Shown here: piece by piece, positions 44,956 to 56,900 of the stretch | How the letters are laid out: every line of letters begins with the position of its first letter | How positions within the stretch are numbered: position 1 is the first letter of the stretch | Source of the DNA: a virus | Taxonomy: Duplodnaviria; Caudoviricetes | DNA length: 64,000 bases | Reading direction: 5' to 3' (one strand) | Virus record (IMG/VR): IMGVR_UViG_2799112320_000001 | Coordinates: 3,606 to 67,605 of that record | The notes under the pieces: generated by a model | What the model saw: only the letters and a program-made list of their open reading frames with translations | The model's database searches: none | Told to the model about the DNA's origin: nothing | Made by a program: the position numbers and the translations under genes

Positions 44956-47900
44956 GGTCTATGACCTGCTGCTGGTAGCGAAGGCGCGTCTTCTCGTACT
45001 TCTTCTTGGTGGCCTCCGAGGGGTTGCGCTTCCTCACCCAGCGGCCGCCTTCGCGCTCTTCGCCGTCCTCCCAGTGGCGCAGCGTCCTGATGTCGTTCAG
45101 GAGCTTCCTGATCTTCTCGTCGCGGCGCGAGCCGGCCTTGATCGTGCCATCGGCGCGGTCCACCTTGTAGCGGCGCTCCGCCTCGTAGAAGTTGTGCGCA
45201 TTGTCCGGTACGTCGCGCACATAGTCGCGCCAGAAGGGGATATGCGAATTGTCGAGGTCCTTGCCCTCCTTCAGGTCCGTCACGAAGTCCGACACAGTCG
45301 TTATGTCGCGGCCCAGGTTCTTCAACGCCGAGTCCACTACGAACTTGTAGTTCTCGGGGGAGTAGTCAAACCACCCACGGCGCCTCTCGTTGCCGCCCGT
45401 GAGCTTGTTCATCCCGCGCGCCATGGACTTCCAGACGTCGCCGGTCTGCTTGCGCCCGTTCTCGGAGTACGGTTTCGTCTCTGAGAACATCTGCTTGCGG
45501 ATCGGACGCCCGGCGTAGTCCTCGTTGCCCTTCAGCTGATAGAACGGCACCAGAAGCGTCGGAAGGAGCGACTGTACAGGCGTATCGCTGTTGAAGTCTC
45601 CAGTGCCGGTGAAGTGCATCCCGGAGTCAAGCGCCTCCTTGCCGATATGCTTTGCCGCATCCGCCCCGGAAATGTCACCGAGCGCCGCCCGCGCCGCGAG
45701 GTTGCCGGCGTACTTCAACACCGAGAACGGCCCAGCGTGGAACGGCACGCGGATGAACTTGTCCCCCATGCGGAAGTAGAGGGAGTTCGCCCGCTGGAAC
45801 TCCGTCATGGTCTCGCCCGACGGCTCGCCGCTCTTCCTGGCCTTCTTGTCGTCGTCTGCGTTGAAGAAGTGCTCGGCCATCGCCTCCATGACGCCGTAGG
45901 TGAAAAGCGCCATAGCCAACTGGCGGCCATGCTTGCCCGTGGCAAGGGACGCCGTCTGGCGGATCGCGCCGCCTATGACCGAGCCGGAGAACATCCATGC
46001 CGAGTTCATCCAGCGCTGGTTGCCGTACTTGTTGAAGTCGGTCGAGTATTCGCGCGAACGCATCGCCGCCTCGCCGTCCGAGGCGCCGCCGTCAATGTAG
46101 TCCTTGAACACAGCAAGGCGCGTCGCAAGCTCGCCCTGCTTGTTGATCTCGGAGATGCCGCGCCCGACGAACCGCAGTACGTCCATGACGCCGTGTTTGC
46201 CCGAGGCCACCTTGCCGAGGTCGTTCTTCAGCTCCGTGTAGCCCTCGTTGCCCATGCCGCCAATCGACGCGCCCGACTCGACGTAGCGGCGCATGACGTC
46301 GGCATAAGGCCCCTCGAACTTGCCGGTCTTGATGTACTTGCGGATCGTCCCCGCCATACGCACAGCGTTCGCGACGTTCCTCACGGCGGACACGCCGCCG
46401 CGGATGACACCCTTGTCGGCCATCGTATTCAGGGACGCCTCGAGCATGTCGGCGGCGAAGTTGCGCCCAAGGAACGCCGGCGAAAGCTCCGTCGCCGTGG
46501 AAGCGTAGCCGCGGGTAAAAGCCGCCACGGGTTTCCACATATTCTGGACCCCGCGTCCAATGACGGCCTCCGCAACGCGCTCGCCCTGTTTGCCGTTCAG
46601 CTCGATCATGTAGAGGTTGCCGCCCTCCTTGAATGCCACGAGGTTCGGACGCCCCGAGCCGCCCTTCACGGTCTGCTCGTGGTAGTTGGGATCCGGGAAG
46701 TCCTCGATCTGCTTGTGCGTGAAGCTCCATGCCTTGCCGCGGCGGACACCCTTGCGTACCTTGCCTACGCCCGGCGTGGAGCGCACGAAGTCCGCCAGGA
46801 CGCGACGGGCCTCGTTGATGTTCGAGCCATACATCGCGTCCTGGTACTCCTTGAACATGAACTCCACGGGGTTGTCTGGCAGCGTGTAGCGCCCGTTCGC
46901 CTCCTTGAAGTCGCTTCTGCGCCACTGCCGCGTGGAGCGGTTGTATTCGCCGCCCTCGTCGGAGAGGTCGTCGCGCATCGGGACGTGGAACGGCTCCTCC
47001 TTGCGCCACTGGTCCGCCGTCTCGCGGGCGACGCGCCCGGATTCGACGCGGCGCTCCATGCCCTCGTCCTGCATCTTCCAGAGGAAATTAGCCATCTCCT
47101 CGATCTTGGCAACCTTGTCGGCACCGAGATGCGAACGGAGGTCGGAGAGTATCTTCGCCGCGTCGGCGTCCGAAAGGCCCGCGCCGTCAAGCGTGCCCGA
47201 GCGCTCCATCACCTTGCGATTGCGGTCTTTCGCATTCGTGGCGATCATGTACATGCCGACGTCGTCAACGGTCGCGCCGGACTTGCGGAGCATGTCCTCG
47301 AAGGGGCGCTTCCATATCTTCTCGTAGCGCTGGCGCGCCGCCTCGTTGTGGCCGTGCAGAAGACGCATGGCGTTGTACGGCGAGTTCTCGGCGTACAGGT
47401 CCTTCTTGTCGCGTCTGCCGGTGGCGATTTCCATCTTCTTGATGGGGTCGTAGCGGTCGGCGAGTTCCGTTTTCGCCTTCTCCGCGATGGTCGTCTTGCG
47501 GTCCGCCGCGGGGGCGACGGGCTCCGGCTCCTTCGGCTCGCCGTCGGGGCGGATGCGCGCGCGGTTCGCGTCGTCGATCTGCGTCATGTCCTCGGCGACG
47601 TTGTGGCGGTCGGCGGTCTCCCAGGGGGCCGTCTTGCCGCGCTCCTCGGCGGACATCCTGGCGCGCGTGGCGGCCTGGCGGGCCTCCCACTCGCCGTGTT
47701 CCTGCGTGTAGCGCCCGAACGACTTGCCGTCGGTGTTCGTGCCGCCGGCCATGCCGGACGCCGCCTGTATGCGGTGCTGGAGCTCGTGGTTCAGCGTCTC
47801 GGCGGTCGTGCCGCGCTCGTAGAGGTGTATCTTCCCCTTCGTCGCGTAGCCGAGCGTGCCGTCCTTCGGCTGCTCCGCCTTGCGGTCAACCTCGATCGTC

Positions 47901-50900
47901 TCCTTGCCGAGCCTCGGGTAGGCGGCGAGGAGTGTCTTGACGGAATCCGGCAGGCGCTCGCCCTTCGCCTTCATCGCGGCCTCAAGGTCGTTGAGCGTGA
48001 AGGAGTAGGTGTTCGCCCTGTCCCTGTCGTAGAACTTGCCGGACGCAAGCGCGAAGTCGAGCATGCGCTTCGTGTCGGCGTCGCTGATGCCGGCGATCTC
48101 GTAGCGCCACTTGCCGTCCTTCGCCCTCCACCAGCCGGTCTTCTCCCAGATTTCGCGGCGCCCCGCTCCGGCGCCCTCCATGCGCTCCGCCTCGTCGCGG
48201 CCCTTCGCGTGGACGCGCCGCCCGGCCTCCTCGTCGATGTTGAAGAACCGAAGGTTGCCCGTGTCGCCGATCTTCTCGTCGTCGCGGTAGAGGTTTGCCG
48301 GGTGCTTCTCGATGATCTTCCGCAGTTTCGCCGCGTCGGGCTCCATGAAGATGCGCTTCTTGGAGACCTCGCCCCCGAGCTCCTTTGCCACGGCGTCTAT
48401 TTGCCCCGGCTCCACTCCGCGCACCATCACCTTCTTCGCGCCGTCACGCGGCACCTGCTTGAGCGTCCAGCCATTCACAAGGTCAACCGTGCGGTTGTTC
48501 AGCACCTCGCGAACCTTGCCGTCGATCACCATGTCCCGCGCCTCCTGGGCCTTGCCGAAGCGCCCGAAGACGGCGGGTATCTCGTCCGTGTCGATCTTCG
48601 CGCCGATGTACTCTGGCGCGTCGCCCGCCTTGACGCGGAACGTTCGCGGTGGCTTGGAGCCGAGGACGTCGTTCCAGTGCTTCAGGAGGTCTCCCGTCGC
48701 GTAGAAGCCGTCGTCCGCCCTCTCCTCGGGTATGACGCCGTACTCCGCGTCCCAGAGCTCCTTCGCCTTCGCCGTATCAAGTTTCTCGTATGCGGCATTC
48801 GGCTTCTCCGTATCGAGTATGGACGCCTTCATGCGCTTCTTCGTGCCGTCCACGGCAAAGCGCATCGCGGCAGGCTCCTGGCGCTTGCCCATCTTGCCGT
48901 CGGCGCGGACGGCGAACGTCTCGCCGGTGCGCTTGTTGCGGACGTATGTCAGGAACTCCGCCGCATGGTCGCGCGCGAAGTCGTCGAACGGGACCTTGTC
49001 GGTCTTGAACCACGAGTTGACGTGCTGCACGTCCATGTCGTCGGCGAGCTTCACCGAGCGAACGGCGTCGTTGTGCGTGGAGCCGATGTCCTGGAGCCCG
49101 ATGTCGTACTCGCCGTCCTCCTTCGCCCAGCGGATGTTCTGGTCGAGGAGGTTCTTGAACGCCGTGAACATGCCGTCCTGCTTCTTCGGGTCCAGCATGA
49201 GAAGCCGGTTGAGGAATCGCTTGGCGGAGACGTCGGGGACGGTTGCCCCGCTCTTGTCGCGCTTGAGCATCCCGTTCACCTCAACCACGGAGCCGTCGGG
49301 GCGCTGCACGCGCTTCACAAAGTTCATGTCGCGCGCGATGTCGTCGAGCTTGCCCATCTTGTGGAGCATGGCGATAATCTGATCCACGGCCTGCTGCGCG
49401 TACTTCGTTTCGAAGTTGTCGCCTTCGCTCGTTATGCCGTTGCCGGTCGCGGCGCGGTCGCCTGTCGTAAGCGCCTTCATCTGGCCGCGGCGGCGCTCCA
49501 CCGAGGAGTAGAAGCGCCTCTCTCCCGGGAGGTCCGTCGTGCTCGTCACGTATATCGGCGCATTCGCCTGGTTGTTGCGGTGGACGCGCCCGAGGGTCTG
49601 CTCAAGCTCGTCAGCGCGGTAGCCCAGCTGAAGCGGGAACGCCACGCGGCGCGCTTGGTTCTTGTACTTGCGGTCGGACGAGAACGTGTATCCCGTGTTC
49701 GCCACGCCGGAGAAGACAAGCACCTTCTTGTCGCCGTTCTGGAACGCGCGGTAGTCCTCGGCCATGCCGCCCTTGTTGAGCCCGGTGAGGTTCGCCACGT
49801 TGTCCTTGCCAAAGGCGTCGATTATCATGTTGATCGGGTTGCCGAAGGTGTCCGGCAGCTTCTCCACCTCGCGGACGAGCCGCCTGCGGATGCCGTCGGC
49901 AATCGGGTCGCGCTCGAACCCCACGACTTCACCGCTCTGGTCCTTGACCGGCTTCATCGTCGGGAACTGGTAGTCCTTGTACGCACCCTCCTGCTTCTGG
50001 TAGGTCTTGTCCCCCTCCTTCGTGAGGAAGTCCAGGAGAATCTGCTTCGGGCCGAAGTTGACTTCGTCCATGCCGAGCTGACGCCCCTCTTCGAGCGCCT
50101 TGGCAACCTCGCGCGTCGATCCCGCCTCGTTCGTGTTGACGAGCGAGAACACCGGCGCGTTGCCCTTGGCGAGCTCCTTCTTGGCGCGTTCGATGAGCGC
50201 CGGGATCTTGAGCGCCGTCACCATTGAGTAGTGGAGTCGCTGCTGCATACCGTGGAGCGACGACGGCGGCACGGTGTAGTCCAGCCGCCCGAGGACCTCA
50301 AGCGCGTCGTACACGCCCCGGTAGACGTCCGAGAGCGCGTGATTGTACTCCGTATAGGTCCGCTTCTGCGCTTCCGTCGTGGGTACGGCGACATGGTCGA
50401 ACTCAACACCCTCCTTCGAGAGGTTTGCCGAGAGGTACTGCCCGCGGCGCTTCAGCGTCTGGGCGACCATCTCCATTGCGGAGACGCCCTTGCCCTCGAC
50501 CTTCTTCTTGAAGTCCTCGAAGTCCTTGAACGGCGTGCCCTCGCCCCAAAGCCCGAGGCGCGTGGCGTAGCCGAGGTTGCCGACGTCCGTTGCGCCGGTC
50601 GCCGACATGTAGATTACGCGCGCCTTCGGCAGAAGCTCCTGGAGCTTCACTACGGCGTCCTGCGTGCGCCCGCCCTCCGTCTTGGCGCGGTGAATCTCGT
50701 CGAACGCGATGACGCCGTCGAAGTCCTTGCCGAGCTCATTGGCGATCTTCTCGACAACGCCTTCGTTGCGGATGTCGGAGTAGGTCGTGAATCCGATGCC
50801 GTCCTTCGGCATGGGCTTGTCGCCGATGTCCTCCACCAGCCCTTCCATGCCGAACGGCTTCACCTCGCTGCGGACGTCGTCGATGAGGCCGCGCTGCGTG

Positions 50901-53900
50901 GTTATCCACAGCGCCCTCTTGCGCCCGCGCCAGCGGTTGTCCAGGATGGTGCCCGCGATCATGCGGCTCTTGCCGGCGCCCGTGCCGTACCCGCCCATCA
51001 TGCCGAGCGGCGAGCCGTTTGCGTCCTTCATCCCGTGGGCACGCCCCGCGTAGCCGACGAACTCGAGCTGGTGCTCCTGCAGGTCGCCGTTCTTGATGTG
51101 CTTCTCGGGGATCATCAGCTTGTACTTGTTGTCCGGCGGCTCCGTCGCCCGGAGCGCAGGCGGCTCCTCAAGGAGCGTGCGGCTCTTCACCGCGCCCGGC
51201 ACCTTGTACTTCGCTGGGGCATACTGGCGCTTGTCGAAGTCTCCCGCCTCCTCGGCCTTGTCGAAGAAGCGCGTGCCCTGATCGGCCTCTCCCGCGCGGA
51301 TCGCGTCCCGCTCCGCCTGTGTGAGCCCGCGGTTGACTAGGCCCTCGTCGTGGAGCGCCGAAAGCGACATCTTCATGTCCTCGACCTTGGTCGGGGCGTA
51401 GCGGTTCGCGCCCGGCGTCTTCACGCGCACGGTGGCCGTGCCGTCGCCGTTGTCCTGCAGGAACGTAGCCTCGCGCATGTTGCCGGCGGCGTTCTTGAAC
51501 ATGACGACCTGACCGCGCTCGAAGGCGGGTTTCGCCGGAGCCGCTTCCGTCGCGGGGATGGTCCTGTTGAACAGGTCCTCGCCCTCCGCTCCGCCGAGAT
51601 CGAGCAGCCCCTGCCCCGTCTCCATGCTGCCGCCCTTCAGAGGCGCGTCCATGCGGCGCTGAAGCGCCTCGCGCTCACGCAGCCTCCGGGCTTCGTCGTT
51701 TATCTGGCCTTGCGTCACGCTCTCCAGCGCGAAGTCAGGCCGTGCGGGAGTCTCGCCTTCCTTCGGCGCGGACGGCTCCATGCCGAGGTCCTTCTCCATC
51801 TGCGCCCGCAGGTCGGGGTCGAGGTTGATGGACTCCCAGCGCATCTTTTCGAGTGTGGCCTTGTCGATGGCCTTCTGGAGCTCCGCCTCCTTCGCCTTGC
51901 CGCCTTCCGCGATCTTGCGCTCGTTGATGCCGAGGGCGCGCATGTCCTCGCGGAGTATCTTCTTCTTCACAAGGTCGTTCTCGCGCGAACGCTGGACCTC
52001 GCGGAGGCTCTTGGCAAGCCGCGAATACTTCGCCGCCTGTTCCGAGCGGTACTTCTCGGCCTTCTCGGCCGCCTTCTCCACGGTGTCGTCGCCAAAGAAG
52101 TCGAACGCCATCTGCTCGACGCCGTCCGCCTCCCTCTTCATGGCCGCCAGGTGCTTGGCCTCGCTGGCCTTGATGCCGAGGTCGCGCCTGTCCAAGGTGG
52201 GGTCGCGCAGGACGGACTTCAACAAATAACGCTGGAGGTCGGCGTTCGCCTTCCCTTCGCCGATCGGCGCAATCTCCGCTATCGCGGCCGCCTGTTCCGG
52301 CTTTATCTTGCCCTCTACGCGCCCGCCCTCGAAGTTGACGGAGGCGCGAAGGTCTTCCGTGGCGTCGTTGGCGATGGCGTATGCCTGCCGCGCTTCCTTC
52401 GATCCGAGGAAGCCCTCGCGCTCCGCCTCGGCGCGCGGAATCTTGACGTCGCCGAAGAACGCCACGTAGTCCTCTGTCGAGCCCTTGCTGTCCTGGATGT
52501 TGTCCAAGGCGTCGAGGAGCCGGATTTTCGTGAAGTCGTAGGTGCCGTCGGGCTTCTTCGTCACCCAGCCATCGGCCTCGCGCACGCGGCGCATGGGTAT
52601 GTCCATGCCGTAGCGCTCGTAAAGCTCCTTCCTGTGCCGCCCGGTGCCGACGGACACCGTGCCGTCCTCGAACTCCACGCCGAGGATCGGCTTGGAGAGA
52701 AGCGAACGGGGACGTCCCTTCAGCTCGTTCCCGGGGACGATGCCCGTCTTCGGGTCGGCCGCAAGCTTGGTGTTGGGCACGCGGGCGTCGCTGCTGTCCA
52801 GCTTCGCCGCCGGGTACATCTCCACGTCGATGTCCTGAAGCGCCGCCTGGAGCGCGTTGATGCCGGAAATGTCCCGCACGTTGCGCCCCTCGTCCGCGCT
52901 CCTGATGGCGTCCCGCGCCTCGTAGTCGCCCACGCGGTCGAAAAGGCCCGTGGTCTCCGCGGCGTAATTCCACAGGCGGCGCAGTCCGTCCTTCTGCTCG
53001 GCGTACCAGGCGGGGTTCGCCGCCTTGAACATCTTGGCAAAGTCGTAGAATCCGCGGATCTTCTTCTGGTCGTACAGGGCGGCAATGTCCCGCACCAACT
53101 CCCAGTTCTTGTCGCGGCGGTCCGAGCCCAGTTCCTCGTTCACGTCGAAGAACTTCGCCGAGGGGTCCGTAAGCCCCCAGCGGCTCATTATGTCGCGGAT
53201 ATCCCGAGACTCGCCGCCAGACGGCGAATTTCGACCCTCCGCGCCCTCCGCGCGTTCGGGACGGGTCATCGCACCCTCCGCGCCAGCCTCGCTCCTAGGG
53301 GCTTCTACAGGCGTTTCCTGGGGCATGTCGCCAAAAAGGCCTGCAAGCGCGTCCTCCGCAGCCCTTACGCCGTCGCCCAAGCGCCCTTCGTTGGCGTGGT
53401 GGACTACCACTCCCTCGCTCGGCGCTTCTGCTCCCTCCGGCTCTGCTTCCACAGGTCGCGGCGCTTCCCCGCCTTCCTGTCGCCCAGAAGCCCCTTGTTC
53501 GGGTTGCGCCGGTGCTTCATCGGCTCTACGCCCTGCCTCATCTGCGGTCTCCTTTCTTGCCTGCTCCTCGACCCGGACGAGTTCAGCCTCCATAGCCTTC
53601 TCCGCCTCCTTGCCGTAGGGCAGTCCAAAATGGTCGTGTATCTGGCGCCGCACGGCACGGATAGCGGCCATGCCGTCCTTCTTTGGCTTCGTGGTGGACG
53701 CAATAAGCGTCTCCGTGCCGTCGTTTGCGACTGCGTTGACATCCCAGCCAATGACCTTGCCGTTGCCGTCGGTGACGCGCCGGGCGACGATCTGGTTGCC
53801 GTTCGGTCCGTAGCTGGCCCGAAGGACATCGCCTTGCGATGAAGTGCGTTCCTTGCCCTGGGGCGCCTCCGGCTCCACGGCTATGCGCGGAAGGACGCTT

Positions 53901-56900
53901 GCGTTGTCCTCGGCCTCACGGCGCTTCCGCTCCTCCTCGGCGCGGTCGAACTTCTCGGCCCTCCTTGCGTCGTCCTCGCGAAGCGCCTCCTTGACGGCGT
54001 TTTTGCGGTCTAGGCGCGCCTGTGCGTCCGCCGCCTCATAGCCCGCCCTCCTCTGCGCCTCGCGCTCCTGGGCCCGATTTTCGCGCTCCTGCGCCGCGCG
54101 AACTGCCTCCGCTTCGGCGTTCTCCTTGGCTATCGCCCTCTCCCGCGCCCTGCGCTCGGTGATTTCGCGGCGGCGGCGCTGGTACTCCTCGCGCTTCGCC
54201 ATGTCGGACTCGCGCTCCTCGGCGTCGATGAGCTGCTGGAGCTCCGCCTCGTCCCGCGCGTCCTGCTCCTCCCTGCGCTCGCGCTCGATACGCTGGCGCT
54301 CCTGCTCTTCGTAGTCTGCAGCTTCCTGGCGCTGCCTTGCTCGCTCTTCTTGGCCTCTGCGGGTTGCCGCGCGGCGGTCGCGCTCTTCGCCGATCTGATC
54401 CGCGAACTCTTTTTCAGCCGCCCTGAATCCAACCCTGTGACCCGTGCGGGCAGCGTCAACTTCGCCCTGCAATCGTTCGGCGCTCGCGCTGTCAGGAAGT
54501 GCGCGGAGCGTCGGCGTCGGGGGATTCGGCGGCTCGGGCTCGTAGTAGAAGTTCCCGCCAGTCTGCTCGGCAAGCTTGTTCATCGCGCCCCGGTACACCT
54601 CCTCCGCCTCCGAGCGGCTGTACGAGAGACCATTGAACACCTTGCGGAGATTGCGCCGCAGGACGTTCACATGCTCGTCCCACCAGCCGGGCTCATCCGG
54701 GACGTCTTCGCGGTCAAAGAGGTGCGCGTACACTTCCTCCAGCGCGTTGGCGTGGAGATAGTTGCCATCCTTGTCGCGCTTGAATATCTCCTCGGGGCGC
54801 TCGATTTCGCCACGCGCCATCCGCGCCCCGACGATGCGGTTCAACTGATTCTGCACAACGGGGTCCCCGCTACGAGCAAGCCCCGCGACGAAGCCGATCT
54901 TGTCGGCAGGCGTTTCAAATGCCACATCAAGTCCGCGATGACGCCCCGCCTCGTGTAGGACGTTGCGTTTCATCTGCTGCGGCGTCTCCATTCGGTCGAG
55001 GCAGTACACTGTCGTACCGTCAGGAAGCGTAACGGCTTGTTCGCCGGGCGACGACCTGTGGGGTCTGCCAGTACCCTCGGAAACAATCTTGTCGAACTCC
55101 GCCCCGTCCTTCGCGGCATAGAAGTCCACTCCTCCGAGCCTGTACTGGTCGCGAAAGTTCTTGAGAGCCGCCGCCTTGGCATCGCGCTCCGAGGCGGTCT
55201 TCTGTCCGAGTCTGCTCATGGCGTTCGCTGCCTCAAAGGCATCCTCCGCGCCGTAGCGGGTCGCCCTGCGCCCGTTGCCGTCCTCCACGAGGTATATGCT
55301 CCTCCCGTCGGCCTTCGACGCGTCCAGCGGCCACTTCGTGACGGATATGCCAGTGTTGGCGTCCGTGAAGGTCTTGCCTGCTATGCTCACTCCGTCGCCA
55401 ACAGGAATTTCCACGTCCTGCCATGCCACTTCGCTTGTAGTCCGCATCTTGCCGTTTTCGTCCGGCTTGCCGAGCGTCAAGGTTCTGGGAACCCTGAACT
55501 GCGACTGGAACGATCCCGCATTGGAGCGTTCCCATCCCGCCGAGTTGTCAAACTGGAGGGCATACTTCCCGGCCTGCTCGAACGCCTGGCCGGCCTCCAT
55601 GCCAAGCTTCTTGCCAACTTTGTCGCACCAATTGCGCAGACGCTCCTCGAAGGTCCCCTTCTCCGTGACCTCTCCATTGACGACGCGAACCCTGTCGTAC
55701 CGTTCGCCCTTGAAGTTTCTGCCGTGCTGTTGCTCGCGGCGCAGCGTCCTTGCGCCGTCCACGTCGCCGCCAAAGGCATCCTCGCCGCTGTACAGCCTGT
55801 CGCCGATGCGAACAAGCCAGCGCTTTAGGTCCGGATTCATCTGGTCCAACTGCTCCTGTGGTATCTTGAACGCCCCCTGGAGCCGACGGTCGTATGAGGC
55901 CTTTTGGGCGCGAGCGTCGCGCCAGGTCCTCATGCCCGCAGTTCCGGCCTGGAAGAGCATCACGCCGAGCGCGCCGACAAACAGGTCAGTCTGTCCCTTG
56001 AGCGAGAGCACGCCAGGGACGTGCGTCCCATCCGGCAGATCCTCGCCGTTGGTGAACTTATCCCACTCCTTCGAAAGCCCCTCGTACTCGGAGTCCTTCT
56101 TGCCGTAGCCGAGCACCTGGTCCTTGAAGGTGTTGAGGTCCATGAGGGCGAGCATCTGCGGCTGTCCGCGCAGACCCGTGAGCTGTCCGTACTTCACATA
56201 GTTCTCGTACAGCCCCTTCACGGCAGGAGCGGCCTTCCGCGCCCATGCGGCATCCGCCCCGCGGAGACCCTTTATAGACTTGCCGATTACGCCGGGCGCC
56301 CAGCCGAACGCCGCCTCGCCGATTGGAAGCGAGAATATCGCCGCCTCGCCGAAACCGCCCTTCGCCGCCTTGGCGAGAGCCTTCTCGGGATCGTCGCCCG
56401 GAATCACCTCCAACTCACCTGTTTCGGGGTTCTGATGGTATTCCGGCGCCGTCAGCTCCTTGTAGCGGCGGCGCGTCATCTCGGCGCCCATAACCGGCGT
56501 CATCCACGCGGAATGCGCCAGCCCCGCAACCACGCGTCCGCGCCATGTAGCCTGAACCGCCTTGGCGCCGATGCCGAGGGCCTTGCCCGCCGCGCCGGTA
56601 AGAGCGAACTCCTCCATCATCGGGATCATGCCGAGGGTGCCGCCGCCGACCTTGCCCCAGAAACCCTCTTCGCCGGCCGCGGCCATGCGCCTCTGCGCCT
56701 CGCCCTTCTTCGCCGCGCGCTCGCCGAACCTGGCGCGTGCGATGTTGGCGAAGTATTCGTTCATCTTCTCGGCGTCGCCCTGCGAGTATTCGCGGGCCTT
56801 CTCGATGTCCGCTTCGCTTATGCGGGCGTCGCGCGCGTAGTTCTCCAGCACGTCCGTCATGTACTCGGCGGTCGCCATCCGCGCAGCGCCGCGCACGCCC

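Noticed and set aside
45614-53842. Very long plus-strand ORFs (1537, 369, 830 aa)
   Set aside because: Antisense shadows of the high-GC giant gene; no motifs or RBS and biased composition
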